A stretch of 64,000 nt of DNA, taken from positions 6,027 to 70,026 of the forward strand of contig JANNSG010000085.1 in the NCBI GenBank assembly GCA_031402355.1. Direction: 5' to 3'. Source of the stretch: Pseudorhodobacter sp. Lineage in GTDB: Bacteria > Pseudomonadota > Alphaproteobacteria > Rhodobacterales > Rhodobacteraceae. The translations under genes and the position numbers were made by a program. Within the stretch, counting starts at the first letter, position 1. Each line of letters begins with the position of its first letter. Below the pieces are notes generated by a model. It was given only the letters and a program-made list of their open reading frames with translations. It was not told where the DNA came from and did no database searches. Of this stretch, positions 8,789 to 17,862 are shown piece after piece.

Positions 8789-9448
8789 TCAGTTAAAGCC
8801 CGCAAAAAGACCGCGTTTCTTTGGCAGTTCTGCCGATAGCGGCCCGGACAGTTCGCGCCGGATCGCTTCGGCCAGCCCTTCGACGATCACCACGCGTTGG
8901 GTGCGTCCCGCCGCATCTTCGGCAATCGCTGCATTGCTGCCGGATGCCTTGATCGCCACTTCAACGCGGCGCGGGCCCTCAAGCACGGCGCCGCTTTGCG
9001 GATCAGTGATGGTCAGCAGAAAGACCACATCATGCGTGCCTCCCACCGAAAATCGAGCCTTTTCAGTCAACGCATGAAACCGTTCCAGTTGCACTGACAG
9101 AATTGCGCTGGGCCCTTGCTTTAGGTCTGCGGTACCTGCCGCAAGGCCCTGATCAACGATCAGTTTTACTTGCGCAAGCCGGTCACCCTGAGGCTCTCCT
9201 CGCCAGACGATATCGGCCTTCGGGTAGATCAAGTTCGCCTCTGACACTTGCAAAGATGCGGGCACTGTCACTTCGATTGAGGATATCGCATATCTGGCCC
9301 CTGAAAGCTGCGAATTGCTGATAGGCACGCGACCGTCCAGTTTTATGACTGACAGTGCCAGCCCGTCGGCGCGGCTGGATTGTTTTGCATCGCAGCCCAT
9401 CAGGCCTAGGCAGATCATGGCGGCAAGGAATACAGGCTTCATCATCAT
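8789..9448 (-). CDS. Putative lipoprotein, unknown function
   Basis: MMMKPVFLAAMICLGLMGC signal peptide with lipobox. The track ORF extends to a TTG at 9472. Confidence 0.6.
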   Translation of the reverse strand: MMMKPVFLAAMICLGLMGCDAKQSSRADGLALSVIKLDGRVPISNSQLSGARYAISSIEVTVPASLQVSEANLIYPKADIVWRGEPQGDRLAQVKLIVDQGLAAGTADLKQGPSAILSVQLERFHALTEKARFSVGGTHDVVFLLTITDPQSGAVLEGPRRVEVAIKASGSNAAIAEDAAGRTQRVVIVEGLAEAIRRELSGPLSAELPKKRGLFAGFN

Positions 9449-9688
9449 ATCGAGGCTCGCTGGGTCAGACAAAAAGGTTCAACGACGATATATCATGTGC
9501 GAATATGGCCTAATTGGGAACGAGTTTCCATGTTCGACACATATTCTGGTCTGATTGGAAACAGTACTGTGATAATCACCCCCTATCGACGCTCTTTTCC
9601 TGATGCCCGGATCGAACGCCCCAGTTGACTTCGAGAACCAGAAAAATCGACCCGTCACCATCCAGCGCGAATTTTGTACAACAAGCGT

Positions 9689-9702
9689 TGTTAGCGCTAA
9701 CA
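9689..9702. promoter_or_regulatory. Perfect 14-bp palindrome TGTTAGCGCTAACA, a candidate LacI-family operator upstream of edd
   Basis: Self-complementary 14-mer 44 nt upstream of the edd ATG. Matches the TGTnAnCG-CGnTnACA architecture of LacI/CcpA-type operators. Confidence 0.5.
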
Positions 9703-9745
9703 GACTCTGATACCATGCCCCTATTGTCAAAGCAGGAAACAAGCC

Positions 9746-11551
9746 ATGCCCCTTAACCCGGCGATAGCCCGCGTCACCGACCGCATTCGAGACCGCTCGC
9801 AGGAGGGGCGTGACGCCTATCTGGCCCAGATGGCAAAGGCCGTGGCGACCGGACCGGCGCGCAGCCATTTGTCGTGCGGAAATCAGGCGCATGCCTATGC
9901 GGCCATGGGTCCGGACAAAGCGGCCCTTGCTACATCGCGCCAACCCAATATCGCGATTGTGACCGCCTATAATGACATGCTTTCGGCGCATCAGCCCTTT
10001 GAAACTTATCCCGAGAAGATTCGTGAGGCCGCCCGGCGCGCGGGCGCCACCGTACAGGTCGCAGGCGGTGTGCCTGCCATGTGTGACGGTGTCACCCAGG
10101 GCCAGCCGGGGATGGAACTTTCGCTGTTCTCGCGCGACGTCATTGCCCTGGCTGCCGGTATAGCACTTAGCCATAACTGCTTTGATGCGGCGCTTTATCT
10201 GGGCGTCTGCGACAAGATCGTACCGGGGTTGATCATGGCGGCCGCCGCGTTCGGGCATCTGCCTGCGATTTTTGTGCCAGCAGGGCCGATGCCATCGGGC
10301 ATTTCCAACGAAGAAAAATCACGGGTGCGCAATGCTTTTGCCAATGGCGAAATAGGCCGCGATGCCTTGATGGCCGCCGAGATGGCCTCCTATCACGGGC
10401 CGGGCACCTGCACATTTTACGGCACCGCGAACACCAATCAGATGTTGATGGAATTCATGGGGTTGCATTTGCCGGGGTCCAGTTTTGTCAACCCCGCCAC
10501 CCCGCTACGAGAGGCGCTGATCGTTGCCGCAGTGGAACAGGCGGCTTCGATCACAGCCCTTGGAAACACGTTTCGCCCGGTTGGCGAAATTCTGGATGAA
10601 CGGGCTTTTGTGAACGGCATCGTCGGGCTGATGGCAACTGGCGGATCAACCAATCTGGTGCTGCATCTGCCGGCGATGGCGCGTGCCGCCGGGATCTGGC
10701 TTGATCTGCAGGATTTTGCCGATATTTCGGAAGTCGTGCCGTTGATGGCAAAGGTCTACCCCAATGGCCTGGCCGATGTGAACCATTTCCATGCGGCCGG
10801 GGGGCTTGGCTACATGATCGGGCAGTTGCTGGATGCGGGTCTGCTGCATGCCGACGCCCGGACCATTCTGGGCGACGGGCTTGATCTTTACCGGCAAGAG
10901 CCAAAATTGCGGGGCGGCAAGTTGACGTGGGAACCGGGCGCGTCTTCAAGTCTGAACGAAAAAATCCTGCGCCCCGCGACTGATCCCTTCGCCGCGTCCG
11001 GTGGCCTTCGGCAGTTGACCGGCAATCTGGGAACCGGCGTGATCAAGGTGTCCGCCGTCGCCCCCGACCGGCATGTGATCGAGGCCCCGGTGCGCATTTT
11101 CCATACTCAGGAGGCCGTAAAGCAGGCCTTCAAAGCGGATGAGTTTACCGCAGACACCATCATTGTCGTCCGGTTCCAGGGCCCGCGCGCCAATGGCATG
11201 CCGGAATTGCATTCCCTGACGCCGACGCTGTCGGTCTTGCAAGACCGCGGGCTGAAAGTGGCGTTGGTGACCGATGGGCGGATGTCGGGGGCCAGCGGCA
11301 AGGTGCCAGCCGCCATTCATGTATCGCCAGAAGCGGCCTGCGGTGGCCCGTTGGCGCGGCTGCGCGATGGGGATATCGTGCGTCTGGATGCAACCCATGG
11401 GACGCTGCAGGTGTTTGCGGCAGATTTTGACGATCGGGCGGCAGTGGTGGCCGATCTTACAGCCAATGAAACCGGAATCGGGCGTGATCTCTTTGCCGCC
11501 TTTCGCCGCAATGTCGGCGCAGCAACAGAAGGCGCCGCCGCAATCTTTTGA
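9746..11551 (+). CDS. edd: Phosphogluconate dehydratase (Entner-Doudoroff)
   Basis: 601 aa IlvD/Edd family. GVCDKIVPG motif and Edd-typical N-terminus [14 protein letters not shown]. Confidence 0.9.
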   Translation: MPLNPAIARVTDRIRDRSQEGRDAYLAQMAKAVATGPARSHLSCGNQAHAYAAMGPDKAALATSRQPNIAIVTAYNDMLSAHQPFETYPEKIREAARRAGATVQVAGGVPAMCDGVTQGQPGMELSLFSRDVIALAAGIALSHNCFDAALYLGVCDKIVPGLIMAAAAFGHLPAIFVPAGPMPSGISNEEKSRVRNAFANGEIGRDALMAAEMASYHGPGTCTFYGTANTNQMLMEFMGLHLPGSSFVNPATPLREALIVAAVEQAASITALGNTFRPVGEILDERAFVNGIVGLMATGGSTNLVLHLPAMARAAGIWLDLQDFADISEVVPLMAKVYPNGLADVNHFHAAGGLGYMIGQLLDAGLLHADARTILGDGLDLYRQEPKLRGGKLTWEPGASSSLNEKILRPATDPFAASGGLRQLTGNLGTGVIKVSAVAPDRHVIEAPVRIFHTQEAVKQAFKADEFTADTIIVVRFQGPRANGMPELHSLTPTLSVLQDRGLKVALVTDGRMSGASGKVPAAIHVSPEAACGGPLARLRDGDIVRLDATHGTLQVFAADFDDRAAVVADLTANETGIGRDLFAAFRRNVGAATEGAAAIF

Positions 11552-11581
11552 CAACTGACCGAAAGAAAACAGAAACATCTT

Positions 11582-11616
11582 GCCTTCGGCGAGGATATTT
11601 TAACCAAAATGAAAGG
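11582..11616 (-). repeat. REP/MITE-like repeat, copy D (left arm of inverted pair)
   Basis: GCCTTCGGCGAGGATATTTTAACCAAAATGAAAGG. Its reverse complement matches copy A at about 29 of 35 positions. Confidence 0.65.
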
Positions 11617-11753
11617 TTAACGCGAAAGAGTGGCACTGCGGGACAGGCGGGGACGCCGATGGCCGCCCAAAGTGAAAGCGCCCTGCCTTGTCAGCCCCCC
11701 TGCTGCCCAAGACAGGGCGTGATTCTGCGACACTCCACCACTCCTTTCTTGAA

Positions 11754-11787
11754 TTTTCATTTTGGCTTAAATATCCCCGCCGGAGGC
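11754..11787 (+). repeat. REP/MITE-like repeat, copy A (right arm of inverted pair)
   Basis: TTTTCATTTTGGCTTAAATATCCCCGCCGGAGGC. Shares TTTCATTTTGGC and AAATATCC with copy B. Confidence 0.65.
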
Positions 11788-11936
11788 ATCCGGCAGTGGC
11801 AACCTGCGCCTGACCAACAAAAATGAACCGGTTTTGTCACTTGACAGGCGTGACATCACCCCGCTGAAGCCTGTCTTTCGATCCGGTGATCGTCAGTCAG
11901 GCGCTGGCAACCGATTTGCTTGAAAAGGACTATGCG

Positions 11937-12578
11937 ATGACCCCCACCCAACAAAGCCTGCGCGCCGCCGAAATCTGCCGTCTGGCCCCGGTGGTGCCGG
12001 TGCTGGTGATCGACGATCTGTCGCACGCTAAAAAACTGGCAGAGGCTTTGGTGGCAGGCGGATTGCCGGCGCTGGAAGTCACCTTGCGCACGCCCGTGGC
12101 CCTTGACGCGATCCGCGCCATGGCCGAAGTGCCGGGCGGTGTCGTAGGTGCGGGCACCTTGCTGACACCCGCCGATGTCAAAGCAGCCAAATTGGCGGGA
12201 GCGATGTTCGGGGTCTCGCCCGGGGCCACGCCGCGCTTGCTGGATGCCTGCGCCGAGCAGGGTCTGCCCCTGTTGCCGGGCGCGGCCACAGCAAGCGAAG
12301 TCATGCTCTTGCTGGAGCTGGGCTACACCGTTCAGAAGTTCTTCCCGGCCGAGCAAGCCGGTGGGGCCGCCTATCTGAAATCCATAGGCTCGCCTATTCC
12401 GCACGTCAGCTTTTGCCCGACGGGCGGCATCAACCTGAAAAATGCACGCGATTATCTTGGCCTGAGCAACATCCTGTGTGTCGGCGGCAGCTGGGTTGCC
12501 CCGAAATCTGCCATGCAAAGCGGCGAATGGGCGGCCATCACCGCACTGGCTGCCGAGGCCTGTGCCCTGCGCGGCTAG
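11937..12578 (+). CDS. eda: KDPG / 4-hydroxy-2-oxoglutarate aldolase
   Basis: Internal ATG of track ORF 11886..12578, with AAAAGGA SD. Motifs [16 protein letters not shown] and FCPTGGI. Confidence 0.9.
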   Translation: MTPTQQSLRAAEICRLAPVVPVLVIDDLSHAKKLAEALVAGGLPALEVTLRTPVALDAIRAMAEVPGGVVGAGTLLTPADVKAAKLAGAMFGVSPGATPRLLDACAEQGLPLLPGAATASEVMLLLELGYTVQKFFPAEQAGGAAYLKSIGSPIPHVSFCPTGGINLKNARDYLGLSNILCVGGSWVAPKSAMQSGEWAAITALAAEACALRG

Positions 12579-12627
12579 AGACTGTCTGACAAATCCGGCA
12601 TCCACTTTTGTCGGGCAGGCGTCAAGA

Positions 12628-12900
12628 TCAGTCCTGCGATACCCGCGCTGCACGGCCGCCGCGGCGACGGGGGTGTTCCGGGGCCAGCAATCCTTCATGC
12701 AGCACCACTGTCATCGGATGTTCGGGTGACGTGGCACCGTACGTGTCGATCATCAGCTGGGTTGCGATCGGCATCTCAGCGGCAACCGGCAGGCTGAGCG
12801 CCCAATCCAGGAAGATGGATCGGCATTCCCCAGCCGTGATGCCAATGATGGCATAACTTTCGCGGATCAGGCCTTTGGGGTCAGCGTCGGTCCTGTTCAT
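12628..12900 (-). CDS. Hypothetical protein (90 aa) immediately downstream of glnE
   Basis: ATG at 12900 with AAGGA SD. An in-frame GTG at 12918 abuts the glnE stop. No motif recognised. Confidence 0.45.
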   Translation of the reverse strand: MNRTDADPKGLIRESYAIIGITAGECRSIFLDWALSLPVAAEMPIATQLMIDTYGATSPEHPMTVVLHEGLLAPEHPRRRGGRAARVSQD

Positions 12901-12918
12901 CGGCGGCGTCCTTGTCAC

Positions 12919-15702
12919 TTAACCCTGCGGTGCTTGCCCGAGGATCCTGATTACTACATCTGCAGCCTGCATGGCCGCATCGTCAAGCCGAGAAGCAAGA
13001 TCGGGGACACCCTGCCCGCCTGTTTCGCGCAAGACGAAGCCGCGCCCCCCTCTGCCAAGGTCCTCCAGATCCGCCGTTGGCGCGGAAAGCAGTCTTGTTG
13101 CAGCCTGCAAGCGCCAGAACAGCCGGTAGGCCGCCAGCAGCACGCCCCTATCCGTGCCCGACAACAAGTCATCGCGGACGCCCGCCGCGATCTGATCCTC
13201 GACGCCGCATAAAGGTGATGCCGTGATCAAGGCGCAGGTCTGTGCCAGCAGTTCGATATCCATCAACCGTCCCGGCCCGAACTTGGCATCAAAGCCCCCT
13301 GTCCCCGGTTTTGCCGCTGCAAGTTTTTCCCGCATCGCGGCGACATCTGCGCGCAGCCCCTCGCCCAGTCCCTTTTGCATAAGCAAAGCCCGCCGCAAGG
13401 CTTCGACATCCTGGCCCAGTTCCGCATCACCGGCCAGAACGCGCGCGCGGGTCAGGGCCAGATGTTCCCATGTCCAGGCTTCGGTTTCCTGATAGGTCTT
13501 GAACGCGGCCAGCGAGGTGGCAACCGGGCCCTGCCGACCCGACGGGCGCAACCGCATATCAACCTCGTAAAGCCATCCCTCTGCTGTGGGTGCGCTAAGC
13601 GCCGTGACCAAAGCCTGGGTCAGGCGTGCCGCATAGGGGCGCGGCGCCAGCGGCCTTGGACCATGGCTGGCATCAGCGCCGCCTGCGTCATAGATCACGA
13701 TCAGATCCAGATCGGACCCGGCGTTCAGACAGCCGGCGCCCAGGCTGCCCATGCCCAGAACCACTGCACCGCGGCCCGGAAGGCCGCCATGCTTGCGCGC
13801 AAATTCCGTGCAGACCACGGGCCAGATCGCCAAAAGGACAGCTTCGGCCAAGTCCGCATAGTGCCGCCCTGCCTCATGGGCATCAATCAGGCCGCGCAGA
13901 TGATGCACGCCGATCCGGAAATGCCATTCCTTCATGAACCGGCGCGCCCCGTCGAGCTTGCGTTCATAATCTGGATCGTCGGACATTTGTCTTGCAAGCT
14001 CTTGCGACAGGCGCGCGGTTCCCGGCCAGTCGGCAAAAAAACTGCCCCCTATCACCGCGTCGAGCACGCTGGCATTGCGCGACAAATAGCGCGACAGCGC
14101 CGGCGCGGTTGCAGCAATATCGATGATCAGATCCACCAATGGAGGATTGGCCTCGAACAACGAAAAAATCTGCACCCCGGTCGGCAATCCGGCCAAAAAC
14201 CCATCCAGCGCCACCAGGGCTTCATGCGGATCGGTCGCTTGCTGCAGGCGTTTCAACAGCATCGGGCGCAGTCGTGTGAAGATCGCAATGGCGCGGTCAG
14301 ATCGCAGGGCGGGGTAATTGGACCACCCCGCAACGATGGCACTCGCTGCTGGCGACAATGTCGGCCCCTCTTCGGCGGGCGCTGGCGCAAAGAAACCTTC
14401 GGTCAGAACATCGACACGCTTCAGCCTTGTCAGCAGACCCGTCCGGAACGACGCCACATCTATGTGCCCGGTGAAATGCGCAAGCCGCGCCACCCCGTCG
14501 ACTGAGGCCGGAATTTCATGGGTCTGGGCATCATGGACCATCTGCAAGCGGTGCTCCATTTCGCGGTGAGCGCGGTAATGGGCGGTCAGTTCTTCGGCCA
14601 CGGCGGGCTCTATCCAGCCTTTGGCTGCAAGTGCGGCAAGTGCGTCTACTGTACCGCGCTGGCGCAATTCGGGGTCGCGGCCGCCAGCGATAAGCTGCCT
14701 TGTCTGGGCGAAGAATTCAATTTCACGGATGCCGCCGACACCCAGTTTAAGATTGTGCCCCTCAACCACTACCGGGCCGTGCAGACGCCGGTGATCGCGG
14801 ATGCGCAGTCGCATGTCATAGGCATCCTGAATGGCGGCAAAGTCCAGTTGCCTGCGCCAGACAAAGGGGGTCAGGGTCTTCAGAAACAGTGCCCCCGCCG
14901 CCAGGTCGCCCGCACAGGGGCGCGCCTTGATATAGGCCGCGCGTTCCCAGGTTCGGCCGACACTTTCATAATAACTTTCCGCCGCTGCCATCGACAGGCA
15001 GACAGGTGTCACGGCTGCATCGGGACGCAGACGCAGATCAACCCGGAAGACATAGCCGTCACCGGTAGGATCAGATAACATCGCCGTCAGGCGCCGCGTC
15101 ACCCGGATGAATGCCGCCCGTGCCTCTTGTTCACAGCCCGGATAGCGGGTTTCGTCAAACAGGCAGATCAGATCGATGTCAGAAGAATAGTTCAGCTCGC
15201 CCGCGCCCATCTTACCCATGGCCAGCACAACCATCCCGGCCGCGGTGTCGATATCATTGGCCGTGGCCCCCGGCAGTTTGCCGCGCCGGATTTCGTCAGC
15301 GACAAGGGCCTTCAGGCCCAGATCAACAGCGCGATCGGCAAAATTGGTCAGGCAAGCCGTCACGGTTTCCAGCGGCCAGACGCCGCCCAGATCGGCAAGG
15401 GCCACAATCAGCGCGATGCGCCGCTTGGCCAGCCGCAGCGCCGGGCCAAGCTGGTCGCTTGCCAACCCCGCCAGTTGCGCCATCGTCTGGGCAATTGCCG
15501 TTTCGGGTGGGCCGCCAAAAGCGTCGCGCAGCCAGTCCGCTTCTTTCTGCATCACGCCGTGCAAATAAGGGCTGCATCCGGCCGTGCCCGCCAACAAAGC
15601 ACGCCCAGGCTCGGGGATTTCGGAAAAAATCTGCGCCGCATCGCCCGCCGCAACAGCGTCATGGGCAATCGGGGATCGGGTCACGAGGCTTGCAAAAATC
15701 AT
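12919..15702 (-). CDS. glnE: Bifunctional glutamine synthetase adenylyltransferase / adenylyl-removing enzyme
   Basis: 927 aa with two nucleotidyltransferase cores, GKMGAGELNYSSDIDLI and GMGSLGAGCLNAGSDLDLI. Confidence 0.92.
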   Translation of the reverse strand: MIFASLVTRSPIAHDAVAAGDAAQIFSEIPEPGRALLAGTAGCSPYLHGVMQKEADWLRDAFGGPPETAIAQTMAQLAGLASDQLGPALRLAKRRIALIVALADLGGVWPLETVTACLTNFADRAVDLGLKALVADEIRRGKLPGATANDIDTAAGMVVLAMGKMGAGELNYSSDIDLICLFDETRYPGCEQEARAAFIRVTRRLTAMLSDPTGDGYVFRVDLRLRPDAAVTPVCLSMAAAESYYESVGRTWERAAYIKARPCAGDLAAGALFLKTLTPFVWRRQLDFAAIQDAYDMRLRIRDHRRLHGPVVVEGHNLKLGVGGIREIEFFAQTRQLIAGGRDPELRQRGTVDALAALAAKGWIEPAVAEELTAHYRAHREMEHRLQMVHDAQTHEIPASVDGVARLAHFTGHIDVASFRTGLLTRLKRVDVLTEGFFAPAPAEEGPTLSPAASAIVAGWSNYPALRSDRAIAIFTRLRPMLLKRLQQATDPHEALVALDGFLAGLPTGVQIFSLFEANPPLVDLIIDIAATAPALSRYLSRNASVLDAVIGGSFFADWPGTARLSQELARQMSDDPDYERKLDGARRFMKEWHFRIGVHHLRGLIDAHEAGRHYADLAEAVLLAIWPVVCTEFARKHGGLPGRGAVVLGMGSLGAGCLNAGSDLDLIVIYDAGGADASHGPRPLAPRPYAARLTQALVTALSAPTAEGWLYEVDMRLRPSGRQGPVATSLAAFKTYQETEAWTWEHLALTRARVLAGDAELGQDVEALRRALLMQKGLGEGLRADVAAMREKLAAAKPGTGGFDAKFGPGRLMDIELLAQTCALITASPLCGVEDQIAAGVRDDLLSGTDRGVLLAAYRLFWRLQAATRLLSAPTADLEDLGRGGRGFVLRETGGQGVPDLASRLDDAAMQAADVVIRILGQAPQG

Positions 15703-15872
15703 CGCAACAGCATGCGATGTGGCCCCGGTCCGGTCAACGGCGCATTGTGAGACCCGGACCTGGTGGCGGGTTATGTAAAAATGTTTAACATAAGGACTTG
15801 ACGCGCCTCTATTGCTCGCCCATCTGTGCTATGTGAAAGGCATTCACATGAAACTTCTTCTGGAGGTCATCT

Positions 15873-16322
15873 ATGCAAACTGCTTCTTCCCCGGTCGCCC
15901 CGCGCGGCCTGTCTTCCTGGCTTTCGCAAGGTACGGCCTGGCTTGATGCACGCGGCAAACCCGCATGGATCGTGGCGATGGTGCTGGCCTTCATCTTTGT
16001 CTGGCCCGTCGGTCTGGCACTTTTGGCTTACATGATATGGAGCAAACGCATGTTCAACCGGTCTCATTGTGCGAACCGTCGCGCCCACCGTTCGCATCAG
16101 ATGGATTTCTCGCGCGCCTATTCGACATCGGGAAACACCGCATTCGACAACTACAAGGCCGAAATGTTGCGGCGGCTGGAGACCGAACAGACCGCGTTCG
16201 AAACGTTTCTGCAGCGGCTTCGCGATGCCAAGGACAAATCCGAATTTGATGCCTTCATGGAAGACCGTGCCAAAGCCAATACCGGCGAGGCACCCGAGGC
16301 GCAAAAACCCGGCGACTACTGA
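15873..16322 (+). CDS. DUF2852-like membrane protein
   Basis: GGAGG SD. Single TM (WIVAMVLAFIFVWPVGLALLAYMIW) followed by a charged helical tail, which resembles the DUF2852 architecture I recall. Confidence 0.6.
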   Translation: MQTASSPVAPRGLSSWLSQGTAWLDARGKPAWIVAMVLAFIFVWPVGLALLAYMIWSKRMFNRSHCANRRAHRSHQMDFSRAYSTSGNTAFDNYKAEMLRRLETEQTAFETFLQRLRDAKDKSEFDAFMEDRAKANTGEAPEAQKPGDY

Positions 16323-16328
16323 CAGTGC

Positions 16329-16349
16329 GGGGCCTCTGACCGAGGCCCC
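16329..16349 (+). terminator. GC hairpin downstream of the DUF2852-like gene
   Basis: GGGGCCTC-tgacc-GAGGCCCC. There is only a weak T tract (GTT) after it. Confidence 0.4.
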
Positions 16350-16475
16350 GTTGCAGCACCGACAGGCAAGGCGGACCAACCCCACTACCGGCGATTAAAC
16401 CTTGTTACAGAATAATGGGTTGGCGAGGTATGCAAAGCTTGCCAACACCGCGAACAGACACTAGCTTTCCGCTTC

Positions 16476-17312
16476 ATGCGGCATACGCTTCCCATTGCGC
16501 CCCAATTTTATGTGACGGCACCCCAGTCCTGCCCCTATCTTGAGGGCCGAATGGAGCGCAAGTTGTTCACCGCATTGCAGGGCGAACATGCCCAGCGATT
16601 GAACGATACACTGTCGAAACAGGGGTTCCGGCGCAGCCAGAATGTGCTTTATCGCCCTTCATGTGCGGAATGTTCGGCCTGCATGTCAGCTCGGATCCGG
16701 GTGGCCGATTTTGAACCATCGCGGAACCAGCGAAAGGTGCTAAACCGGACCCAGAACCTGAAGCGGAACGCGACAAGCCCATGGGCTACAGAAGATCAGT
16801 TCAGCCTGTTTCGGCGCTATCTGGATGATCGCCACGCTGAAGGTGGCATGGCGGATATGGATATTTTCGAATTCGCGGCAATGATCGAGGAAACGCCGAT
16901 CCGGACCAGAGTGATCGAATATACCCGGCCTTCGCGGGCAGGTGAGCGGGGTCGGCCGTTGGCCGCAGTTTGCCTGACCGATGTTCTGGATGACGGGCTG
17001 AGCATGGTCTATTCGTTCTATGACACCGAACTTTCGAACTTCAGCATGGGGACGTACATCATTCTCGATCACATCGCGATCGCGCGTGAGGCGGGGCTGC
17101 CTTATGTCTATCTTGGGTATTGGGTACCCGGCAGCAAGAAGATGGGATACAAGGCCGGGTTCTCGGCGTTGGAGATCTACAAAGGCGGGCGCTGGCAGGA
17201 TCTGGGTGCCGTGGCCGATCATTCCGCTGAACTGCATCCTTTGTCGGTCGATCCGATTGCCGAGCAAGTGGCGCGGATCAGCTTGCCCGACAGCCGCGCG
17301 CCCAGGGAATGA
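16476..17312 (+). CDS. bpt: Arginyl/leucyl-tRNA--protein transferase (ATE/Bpt family, N-end rule)
   Basis: N-terminal CPYLEGR motif, [12 protein letters not shown] and C-terminal YVYLGYW, all typical of bacterial Bpt. Confidence 0.85.
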   Translation: MRHTLPIAPQFYVTAPQSCPYLEGRMERKLFTALQGEHAQRLNDTLSKQGFRRSQNVLYRPSCAECSACMSARIRVADFEPSRNQRKVLNRTQNLKRNATSPWATEDQFSLFRRYLDDRHAEGGMADMDIFEFAAMIEETPIRTRVIEYTRPSRAGERGRPLAAVCLTDVLDDGLSMVYSFYDTELSNFSMGTYIILDHIAIAREAGLPYVYLGYWVPGSKKMGYKAGFSALEIYKGGRWQDLGAVADHSAELHPLSVDPIAEQVARISLPDSRAPRE

Positions 17313-17713
17313 GCCTTCCCTTGCAAAGGTCGGGGGCCGTGATTTCGGCACTGGCCTTGATTGTTCCCGATTATGAACTGGGCATCGCGTTTTACCGTGA
17401 TGTGATGGGATTCCGGCTGGTCGAAGATATCGATCAGGGCCGCAAGAGATGGGTTTCGATGGAACCGCCGGGTGGTGGCGTGAAGATCGTGATCGCGCGG
17501 GCCGAGGGAGACCGGCAGATCGCGGCGATTGGAAATCAGGCGGGGGGCCGGGTCTGGCTGTTTTTGCAGACCGATGATTTCTGGCGGGATCATTCGAAAA
17601 TGATCGCGGCCGGGGTTTTCTTTGAGGAAGAGCCGCGGGTTGAAAGTTATGGAACAGTCGCGGTTTGGCGGGACCCATGGGGGAACCGGTGGGATATGAT
17701 TCAAGCGGCGTAA
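17309..17713 (+). CDS. VOC (glyoxalase/bleomycin resistance) family protein
   Basis: 134 aa. The pattern [13 protein letters not shown]...WGNRWDM is typical of the VOC fold. ATGA overlap with bpt. Confidence 0.7.
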   Translation: MSLPLQRSGAVISALALIVPDYELGIAFYRDVMGFRLVEDIDQGRKRWVSMEPPGGGVKIVIARAEGDRQIAAIGNQAGGRVWLFLQTDDFWRDHSKMIAAGVFFEEEPRVESYGTVAVWRDPWGNRWDMIQAA

Positions 17714-17831
17714 CCCGTGTGTTACGATTTATAAAATATTGATATTGCTATATATTATAAAATTTGTTCATAAAGTTTTAATACTTTAACACGTTTCTGT
17801 TCAGCGCAAGATCCTGACGACAGACTGGTTA

Positions 17832-17856
17832 GGCGCGCCAGGAATGGCGCGCCTTT
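17832..17856. terminator. Hairpin terminator between convergent VOC gene and phoX
   Basis: GGCGCGCC-aggaat-GGCGCGCC followed by TTT on the plus strand. Confidence 0.55.
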
Positions 17857-17862
17857 GCGCAG

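Noticed and set aside
9479-10258. 259-aa minus-strand ORF covering the edd promoter region and 5' end
   Set aside because: It overlaps edd in antisense. Its start would lie within edd, and its translation is Arg-rich and motif-free.
11548-11826. 92-aa plus-strand ORF in the edd-eda spacer
   Set aside because: It runs straight through both repeat arms of the MITE-like element. It has no SD, overlaps the edd stop and has a Pro/Gln/Gly-rich composition, so the repeat explanation fits better.
13375-14505. 376-aa ORF on the plus strand
   Set aside because: It is antisense to glnE. The same reasoning applies to the other long shadow ORFs over glnE (15111..15788 and 15127..15750).
15771-15793. TTATGT-N11-ACATAA inverted repeat in the glnE / DUF2852 divergent region
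   Set aside because: The arms are short and AT-rich, and I know of no matching motif. It is not enough to call a site.
16419-16446. GTTGGC-N16-GCCAAC inverted repeat upstream of bpt, and a possible sigma-54 (GG-N10-GC) promoter
   Set aside because: The GG to GC spacing is 8 nt rather than 10, so it is not a -24/-12 promoter. The inverted repeat alone is too weak to assign.
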